Shown here: piece by piece, positions 55,085-64,000 of the stretch
Layout: each line of letters begins with the position of its first letter
How positions within the stretch are numbered: position 1 is the first letter of the stretch
From: Octopus sinensis
Lineage: Eukaryota
Assembly (NCBI RefSeq): GCF_006345805.1
Contig: NC_043007.1
Location: 68,262,001 to 68,326,000, forward strand
Length of the DNA: 64,000 nt
Direction: 5' to 3'
Program-made: the position numbers and the translations under genes
The notes under the pieces: generated by a model
Told to the model about the DNA's origin: nothing
The model's input: only the letters and a program-made list of their open reading frames with translations
Databases searched by the model: none

Positions 55085-55723
55085 CCACACACATACATAT
55101 ATATATACACGCATACACGCTTGAACGAGTGGTGTGTGTGTAATTATACATTTATATGTGTGTATATGTTATGTTGTTAAGAATCTGCATACATAACTGT
55201 AGAGTTAACTAGAATCTTAATCATGATGGGCAGGTAATTAGGTTTCTTCCCATTTTGTAAATATATATTTCTTGACACGTTTGCCAATCCATTAATAACG
55301 AGTCGTCAATATTTAACCTGTCATTCATTCGTATATCCACAAATGTTTAAGATGTCAATGTTTGACCCGAAATATTTCCATCTATACGAGCACTTAACTC
55401 GATTAATATTAAGTCAGATGATACCGGTCTATCATAACCATGAAAAATGAAACATTAGGATTGTTGTGGTACACACACTTATGAATACTGAAAGATGCAT
55501 GAATAAAAATATTCGTAAATAATCATTTGATTAATCAACAGTGTCTAGCCCTGAGTAACAATTCAAATAATCTTTTGAGTAGTTGAGCCACATGAAACGC
55601 GGATTAATGATACAAAATGTAAAATTCCCCTTATATTTTCATGTATTTATGAAATATTAATGTGTGTGCGTGCGTGTATGTATGTGTGTACATATCTGTG
55701 TGTGTGCATGTATTTTATATATC

Positions 55724-55759
<36 letters not shown>

Positions 55760-55952
55760 TATATACAATACAGTATACTATATGTGAGTAAATATATGCG
55801 TACACACACACACATCACATATATAATATACATCAAAAGCTACCTATATGTGTATGTTTTGATGTATGTACATGTATACAATTTGAAAATCTATATGTTG
55901 AAAACTGACTCGTATACATATATATATATATATGTATATATATATGTATATA

Positions 55953-56016
<64 letters not shown>

Positions 56017-56018
56017 AA

Positions 56019-56052
<34 letters not shown>

Positions 56053-56054
56053 TT

Positions 56055-56674
56055 TACATTGGACAATATGTCGGCATTATAAAACCGCTGACAAATGGTA
56101 TAAACATCATCCTGAAGCTGTGACTGAGGGAGAAAATGTGTCGATTCTATGGGACTTCCCCGTGCAGACCAACAACTATATAAAAGCTAATAAACCGGAT
56201 ATTTTATAAAAGATTAAACCAAAAGATGTGTTTTAATTGACATGAGTATTCCCTGTGATCATAATATAGCGGCGAAAGAATTTGACAAGATTAGTAAATA
56301 TAAGGACCTGCTAATAGAAATTGAAAAAATGTGGCATCTCAAGGTGACTGCAGTACCAGTGATTGTAGGATCTCTAGCAATGATAAAAAAAGGTACTGAA
56401 AACTATTTGAAAATGATTCCAGGCTTACCATCCCTACAGAAAGTGCAAAAAATCGTATTAACTTGAACGGCTCATGTACTGAGAAGAGCACTATAGCTGT
56501 GAAAATAACATCTATCCATGAATTTATTTATTTATTAATTTTTAAATACATATTTTATCTGTGAATTTGCGCGTGTAATCTGGGAATGCATACAATGCCC
56601 TTCTCTGCCCTATGTGTATGGAAAACACCCGGCGAGAAACGGAAGAAAATTTGAAGAAAAAAGGAAAAACATAA

Positions 56675-56675
<1 letters not shown>
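56055..56675 (+). mobile_element. Dong-like LINE 3' end (REL endonuclease plus 3' UTR) in (TAA)n
   Basis: KWYKHHPEAVTEGENVSILWDFPVQT..ANKPDI, LIDMSIPCDHNIAAKEFDKISKYKDLLIEIEKMWHLKV..VPVIVGSL. (TAA)n on both sides. Confidence 0.92.
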
Positions 56676-56762
<87 letters not shown>

Positions 56763-56924
56763 TTAGGGGGTATAACTCCAAACTTATTATATATTGTTTA
56801 TTCATTTTTGTACTTTTTGTTGATCTAGTTATATATTTTTCAAAAATATATTTTACTTTTTATTTATGATTTAATTTATCATTGTTTGAATTGCATAATA
56901 CTGGTTTTTCTCTCATTTATATAT

Positions 56925-57166
56925 AAGTTACGTGGACGTAAACACACCAGCATCGGTTGTCAAGCGATGTTGGGGGACAAACACAGACATACACACACAC
57001 ACACATATATACATACGACGGGTTTCGTTCAGTTTCCGTCTAGAAAATCCACTCACAAGGCTTTGGTTGGATCGAGGTTATAGTAGAAGACACTCACCCA
57101 GTGGGACTGAACCCAGAACCATGTGGTTGATAAGCAAGCTACTTACCACACAGCCACCCCTGCGCC
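56925..57166 (-). mobile_element. SINE family B copy
   Basis: rc AGGCGCAGGGGTGGCTGTGTGGTAAGTAG..GGTTCAGTCCC; homologous to 39271-39570. Confidence 0.88.
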
Positions 57167-57367
57167 TAATTTGTTCACCTGCTCTAGCTAAAGTCCATAA
57201 TCAAGGACAGGGAGTCTATTGTTAGGATACCAAGTGGGGTAATCTATAGTTACCTTGATACTTTGGTGGATGGAGTTAGCTATGTGCTGGATGCATTAAG
57301 TTCCACTCGGTTTCTACACTACAATTACTAGAGTTTTTCCTAACTGGAATATTAAGTTATCTTCATA

Positions 57368-57610
57368 CAGAGGTTAGACAAAATAATGGGAACACCTTAG
57401 AATCTTCAAACACATGTATGTGTTAATATGGGGTAGGACTGCATTTGGCACTAACTACAGCTTGAATTCCACAAGGTATGGACTCGTACAGAGTTTGAAT
57501 TGTTTCCAAAGGAATTTTTGTCCATTCTTAGTTCTTGTGATGATGATCGTGGAAAATATCAACTCCTTAATTGTTTTTCTAAAATGCACCATAAATGTTC
57601 AATGATATTG
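57368..57610 (-). mobile_element. Tc1-like transposon right end (TIR plus transposase C-terminus)
   Basis: TA|CAGAGGTTAGACAAAATAATGGGAACACC. Minus strand reads NIIEHLWCILEKQLR..EWTKIPLETIQTLYESIP..IQAVVSAKCSPTPY*. Confidence 0.85.
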
Positions 57611-58002
57611 TGTTCATATTTGAGTGTGTTTATATATGTAAAAAAGAAAAAAGAGATTGAATTTTATGGATCTTTTAATCTGAACTCTTAAGTGCTCTTA
57701 ATTTTATTACACGAAAAAGTTCTCTTTTTCTCACACTTTTTTTCCATATATATCCCACATGGATTCTATTTACATGTATTTTTATGCATAGTCATATATA
57801 TTAATATGTTTAAAAATATTCATATATGTCGATATGTATGAATATATATATATATGTATTTTAAGTCGAATTTATAACTGTATGAGTATGTAAAAAATGT
57901 TGATTGTCTAACTTTACTTTTTATATTTTTATATTTATATATCCTTATATATTTATGTATGTATATATATATATATTTTAATATATATATATATCTATAT
58001 AT

Positions 58003-58037
<35 letters not shown>

Positions 58038-58071
58038 TTGTATATATATATATATATATATATAGAGTCGA

Positions 58072-58278
58072 TATGTGACCGCGTGTGTATCTTTGGCAAA
58101 TTTTCCCCCGTCTTCCCGTCCTTGGATCTTTCCTTTTCCTGTTTCTGACGAAGAGCTCAACTCGAAACGTTAAATCCTCCTTCTTTCTTTCCTTTCCTTA
58201 GCGTCCAATAACACTATACTTGTTCCACGTCCTCGCGTTGTTGTGTTTTCTCTTTGTGTTTTCGTGTTTGGATTAACT
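58072..58278 (+). mobile_element. ~200 bp PLE pLTR-type element with minimal HHR-like motif
   Basis: GTTT-CTGACGA-AGAG-CTCAA-CTC-GAAA-CGTT-AAAT at 58141-58175. Sister copy of 26605-26800; a more degenerate relative lies at ~34950-35130. Confidence 0.75.
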
Positions 58279-58290
58279 TTACACACACAG

Positions 58291-58381
<91 letters not shown>

Positions 58382-59334
58382 TATATATATACGTATATAT
58401 ACATATATTTATATAAGCAATTATATATGCACATGTATAAATATATATATATATATATACATGCTTATATATACATTCACACACACAAACACACACGAGT
58501 GCATGGGTAAAACGAGAGAAAGTGGCGCTCAACACATGCGTTAGGAGTTACATATATTTGTAATTACATTTTGAATCAGTCCTCTATGACTTAATGTTTC
58601 GTGGGTGCGTAGGACGCAGTCATCTTCTCAGATATCGGAAGAGACATATTTGCTATCTGTTATGAGGTTGCGTTCGACGCGCTGACAAAACTTATGGATC
58701 GGAGTAAAAGATATTTAAAATACGTACAGGCACACACGCGCACCTGCGTATGTATGTACGTATGTATTTATGTATGTATGTATACATATTGGTCGACGTA
58801 GATAAAAATCTGAAAAATTCTGTGGATTAAGGTATAGAATATACCAAATATGCATGGAATCTCATGAAGATCCATATGTGATGTTTGTTTATTTAAAAAC
58901 TAATGCAAAAAAAAAAGAAAAATAGAAAGAAACGATCAAACAAATAAAATGAGGTAATATTATACTTGCATGAATTCTGTTCCCGATTTGCTTTACTTCG
59001 TAAACAAAATTTGTTATATTTTGCAGGTAGATGAGAATCTTAAATGAAAACATATTATATATCATGCTGTGAATAATAATGAAACGAAAAAGAAGAAAAG
59101 AGATACGAGTAAACAAATGAAAAAAAAAAAAAGACAGTATATTATAGAAACTTCCAGAGCTGTCTCCACAAGCATGTTATAATGTTATATCATTAAAAAA
59201 ATATCTATATAAATATATAAGCACGTAGTGTTTGCGTCATTTCACATTTGTTTTTTCTTTTATTTTGACGTCTTGAGTTAATTTGTTTGTTTTCTATTCA
59301 CGTTATAGCAAAATATTAAAGGCCAACTCATTTA

Positions 59335-59376
<42 letters not shown>

Positions 59377-59475
59377 CACACACACACACACACACACTCA
59401 CGCACAAATACATAGACACTTATGTATATACATTTACATATGTGTGTGTGTATATATATATATACATACATATAT

Positions 59476-59514
<39 letters not shown>

Positions 59515-59563
59515 CACATTATATACTTCTACGTATATATGATTTTATATATATACATATATG

Positions 59564-59612
<49 letters not shown>

Positions 59613-59977
59613 GTATATGCATAGATATACGCACACATATGTATATACATATACATATATATATGTATATGTATATGCATATGCGTGTGTTTGTGTGTGT
59701 GTGTGTGTGTGCGCAATTCGAACAAAACAAACTGGAAACAGTAGGAGTACATTTCCAGGAAAATAGAGGCATCTGCAGTGGACCTCAATCATTCGACTGT
59801 GATAATTCACTCATTCCATTAACTGAATTACATCTGAAATAACGAAACTGCACACTTCACAGACACGTGTTACTTGAAGGAAATCCGTGGGCTGAATCTG
59901 CTTGATACTGTGAGTCACAAAGCTGTACCTTTTGAGTCACTAATGCGATTCATTCAACAGGCGTACACATATGTATA

Positions 59978-60400
59978 TAGGCGCAAGCGTGGCTTTGTGG
60001 TAAGAATCATTCTCTTCAGCCACATGGTTCCAGGTTCAATCTCACTCTGTTGTGGCAATTTGGGGAAGTGTTTTCTGCTGTAACCTTGGGCCGACCAAAG
60101 GGTTGTGAGTAGATTTAGTAGATGGAAACTGAAAGAAGTCTTTGTCTACATACATATATATCTATGTGCGTGTGTATGTTTTTGTGCATATGTTTGTCCC
60201 CCGTCATCGTTTGACAAATGGAGTTGGTGCGTTTACGTCCCTGTAACTTATCGATTCGGCAAAAGGCCGATAGAATAATAGAATAAGTGTCTGGTTTATA
60301 GAAAAAAAAACTTCTGGGGTTGCTTCATTCTACTAAAAATTCTTCAAGACGGTGTTCCAACATTGCTAAAAGATATTAACCGAGTGAAATAAAGTGCAAC
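59978..60400 (+). mobile_element. SINE family B copy with long tail
   Basis: AGGCGCAAGCGTGGCTTTGTGGTAAG..GGTTCAATC..GATGGAAACTGAAAGAAG..GTTTACGTCCCTGTAACTTA..CTTCAAGACGGTGTTCCAACAT. Confidence 0.85.
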
Positions 60401-60982
60401 AAAGATGTGCTATAATTTGATAAAGAAAGATAATGATAAACAGCTCGGCTTAATCAGCGAGCTGTCAAAAGCGTAGGAGTGTTGTACAAACGCCTTGTGA
60501 TATTTGTTCCGCATCTTCACATTCTGAAATCAAATTGCGTCGATATCAACTATGCTTTCATCGTTTTGGAGTCAAGTACAGGAATTCACGAAGTCGACCA
60601 ATCATTTTCCCTTAAAATCTCCTACTTCGTGCCAAGATTAGGGATCATCATTAGCTGGATTTATTTTAAGAAATACGTAAAAACCATTGCAGAATTTAGG
60701 AAACATAGACAGGGTAAGCTAATAAAGTTAAACAGACAAGTAAATAAACATAGTTGTTATTGCAGATGGGTTTTAAGAGACAGCAGAAAAAGTGAGGGGG
60801 AGAAATAGATGTGTGAGATAGAATGATTAAGAGAAGATCTAAGTAAACATTTTCACATTATGACAAAGACGAGGTAACACATGCTAAGAATTGGTAAAAT
60901 TATGTAGATGCATACGAAACATATATGTGGATACAATGCAAATTGCATCAATACATAGTATTGTCGGAATGAAAGGCAGATA

Positions 60983-61000
60983 TCTATTATATAAAATCCG

Positions 61001-61039
<39 letters not shown>

Positions 61040-61385
61040 CTTGGATCTCGGGCATCCACCATCCGATTGCGCTCAAATTTGATATGTAGATACCAACGGT
61101 ATCAGGGCGTGTATAAGTCTTGAAAAAATTACAAAATTCAATTCCAGGTGAGAATGCGATCGATAAAGCCGTTTTTATCCTGCTTTTCTTCCGTCAACCT
61201 GTACATAACTGCACCTTCCATTTTTGTTTGTTTTTGTACTGCTTAAAGGCACATTTCTTTCCTGCTAAGCTTTCTGTTTAAACCATGTTTGTGTTCTCCA
61301 AACTCTTCGATTGCATATTTGTGTGAAAAAAATCGTTTTTCTTTGGAATAGAAAAAAAGTCTATCTTTATTTCTTCTTTTGCTAG
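60983..61385 (+). mobile_element. Possible non-autonomous Helitron-type element
   Basis: A|TCTATTATATAAAATCCGTT then (TG)n and CCGATTGCGCTCAAATTTG. Candidate CTAG|T end at 61382-86, but no subterminal hairpin seen. Confidence 0.35.
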
Positions 61386-62091
61386 TGTCTCAAATTTAGG
61401 TTAAATCAGTGTTTCTCAAAGGGGAGGCCTATGGGACGGTCGGACAAGTTGTTTTGAGAAAATTTAAATGTTTGACAACTCAGCACCGTCCACTGGACCG
61501 TGGTGTGTGTGTGTGGGGGGGGGCGTTTTGCTCGTATAGATATACAGATGTATATTTTAAGGAAGCAGCACATAAAGATAAAGGGATATAAAGAAAGCGA
61601 TTATAGAAAAGTGAGGGTAGAAGTAGGGTAAAAATAAATTAAGCTGAAGGTTGTAATGGAGTGAAGCAGGACAATCTGGTGGGTGAGAAAAATGTAATAC
61701 AACTATTTAATAGATTTTGTTAGCTTTAATTAAAATAAGACGAACATACAGACACAAATAGTTCAAAGTCATAAGAGAAACACGCTTTGAAATAGTGAAA
61801 TGAAAATACACATGAAAAAATTTAGGAATAATGCCAAAGTAGTAATCGTTTGTAATGATCGTTTGTAAGAGTTGTACTAAGTACTAAGTGAGTATATGAA
61901 ATTAATTTGAAACTTATAATGGTAATTAAAAATACATCTTCTGGCTGCATTAAAGCGGTAATGATTCGAGGGTATTTAAAAAATGTTGTAGAAATACAAT
62001 ATTTGTTTTTCAAATTAAGGCCAGAAAACAAGGGTATAGAAAATTCTTACGTTTCGGACTAATTGTTTATCGAAGAAGATGAGATGCCAGA

Positions 62092-62160
<69 letters not shown>

Positions 62161-62286
62161 GAGAGAGAAGAATACATCGATGTGTTGTTTTACCATGTTG
62201 CAATGAGAAGAGGAAGTTAAGCAATAAATAATGGGAGGTAATTGAAATATGACAATACGTAGGGAGTTTGATCACCGTTGTATGTA

Positions 62287-63372
62287 TCAGGTCATCCCAT
62301 AAGTTCTGTTCGATTTGACCTCTTTTGAAAACTGAATGATAGAATGTCTAATGAAATTAACAATTATTTTATGCCTTTGTATACATTTAAACTAATTGAA
62401 TATTATTCTACAGATTAATACAATTAAAATCTCTTTGATTAAAACCCTTTCTAATATGGAAGTATTCAAAGGACATTTGAGGCACATAATGCTTTATGAG
62501 TACGAAAAAAAAGGAAGCTCTGCAGCCGAAGCGACTCGAAACATACACTCAGTTTATGGGAAAGAATGCTTGAACGAAAGAACTTGCAGAAGATGGTTTG
62601 CTAAATTCATAAGTGGAGATTTCAGCCTTGAAGATGAATATCGAACAGAACGTCCAGTTGAGTTTGATGATAAGCTCCTTGAGGTAGTACTTGAACAAAA
62701 TCCTGCATTATCAGTTGAAGAATTGGCAATAAAGTTTAGTTCAAACCGTACAACTGTTCGTCGTCATCCTCAACAACTTGGAAAGGTTCCTAAACTTGGA
62801 AAATGGGTGTCTCATGAATTGTCCGAAAGCAACCGCAAATCCTGAGTTGACATCTGCTCTTCTCTCTATTCTCGCGAACTCATATCAGCCTTTTTGGATA
62901 GACTCGTGACTGGTAGCGAAAAATGGATCTTCTATCGAAATGTTAAACGTCGTAAACAGTGGCTTGATAAAAGGGAAAAAGCTCAACCACAACCGAGAAG
63001 GGAACTTCATGGGAAAAATGTTCTTCTCTCTCTATCTGGTGGGATGGCAAAGGAGTAATTCACTTTGAATTGTTACCACCTAATTCAACAATCAATGTTC
63101 AAGTCTACTGTCAGTAATTAGAGCGTTTACAGAATCATTTGGAGGACATAACTTCCGCAAGCCCGGAGGAGGTCGAAACTGACATTTCAGAGTTCTTCTC
63201 TTTGAAACCAAAAGAGTTTTACATTGATGGGATTAAAAAGCTTGTAATTAGATGGCAGAAAGTCATAGATAACCAGGGAAAGTACACGGATGATTAAATT
63301 TCAATTAAATATAACATTTGATCACTTATTTTCTTAATTCAAAATTCGGACAGAACTTATGAATTGACATGA
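62287..63372 (+). mobile_element. mariner (Tc1/mariner) DNA transposon, internally deleted, both TIRs present
   Basis: TA|TCAGGTCATCCCATAAGTTCTGTTCGATTT ... AAATTCGGACAGAACTTATGAATTGACATGA|TA. Confidence 0.95.
62456..63297 (+). pseudogene. mariner transposase pseudogene
   Basis: HLRHIMLYEY.KG.SAAEATRNI..RRWFAKF.SGDFSLED, GKWVSHEL (WVPHEL motif), LVTGSEKW, IWWDGKGVIHFELL, ..YIDGIKKLVIRWQKVIDNQGKY. Two stops and a frameshift; the HDNA..YSPDL segment is deleted at ~63128. Confidence 0.93.
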
Positions 63373-64000
63373 TATGCGTGATAAAACACAGCTACACACA
63401 CGTGTGTGTGTGTGTAATTTATATGAGTGCGTGTGTATATATGTGTGTGTCATTTATGTGTATGTGTCGATGTACCTTTGCGTGTGTGTGTATCGTTGCA
63501 TTTAAGCATATGGGTGTCTGTGTGGCAGGGATTTAGTTGCTTGGTGTGCTCAAGCACAAGAAATAAAACAAAAAAATAACAATTAAAAGATTTAATATAT
63601 AAGATATCCCCGAAACGGCAAGAATAATTTCTTATTAAGCATTTATCTTATTTTGAACGTATGCATGCGTAATAGACGTGTTTTGCATTTTAATAATATG
63701 GTCTCCTTCCAATGACCTATTTCATGTCTTTACCAATCAGACATCTGTTGCCGGTCCCTCTTACAATGAATAAATAGATAAACAAATAAATAAATAATAA
63801 AGACTAACCGAGGAAGTGGCTTTGCTGAAATGCTGCCTATATTATATTAGAAAGATTCTCATTTAAATATGTGATTAATTCAGGTCATATGAATAAACTT
63901 TTACGCATAATTTCCAAGACACTCTTCTGTAGGATTGAATACATTTCTTCAATACTATGCAATTTCTTCAACATTTCATTCAATATGCAATTAAATGTGT

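Noticed and set aside
61407-61694. hAT/Charlie-like TIR CAGTGTTTCTCAAA
   Set aside because: Partner TIR is poor and no 8 bp TSD was found.

Overview
AT-rich, repeat-saturated eukaryotic DNA, probably intronic or intergenic. The SINE families, microsatellite load and LINE types suggest an octopus (cephalopod) genome; this is inference from recall, not a database result. No intact host protein-coding gene is visible, and almost all ORF-track entries are translated microsatellites. Recognisable elements are decayed mobile DNA: a Penelope-like (PLE) RT fragment, four CR1-group LINE fragments, five R4/Dong-type (REL) LINE fragments (three inside (TAA)n arrays), an L1/Tx1-like relic, an internally deleted mariner with both TIRs, a Tc1 end, possible Tigger and Helitron relics, and many copies of three tRNA-derived SINEs. 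The most interesting signal is a dense set of minimal type I hammerhead ribozyme (HHR) motifs, about a dozen from intact to degenerate, on short non-coding PLE-type elements. Several lie in or beside 160-430 bp imperfect foldbacks. One core-intact HHR (9302-9389) is covered up to its GAA by an upstream antisense arm. There are also candidate minus-strand micro-exons, one of which pairs with its downstream intron. All alignments and folds were done by eye, and boundaries of decayed elements are approximate.
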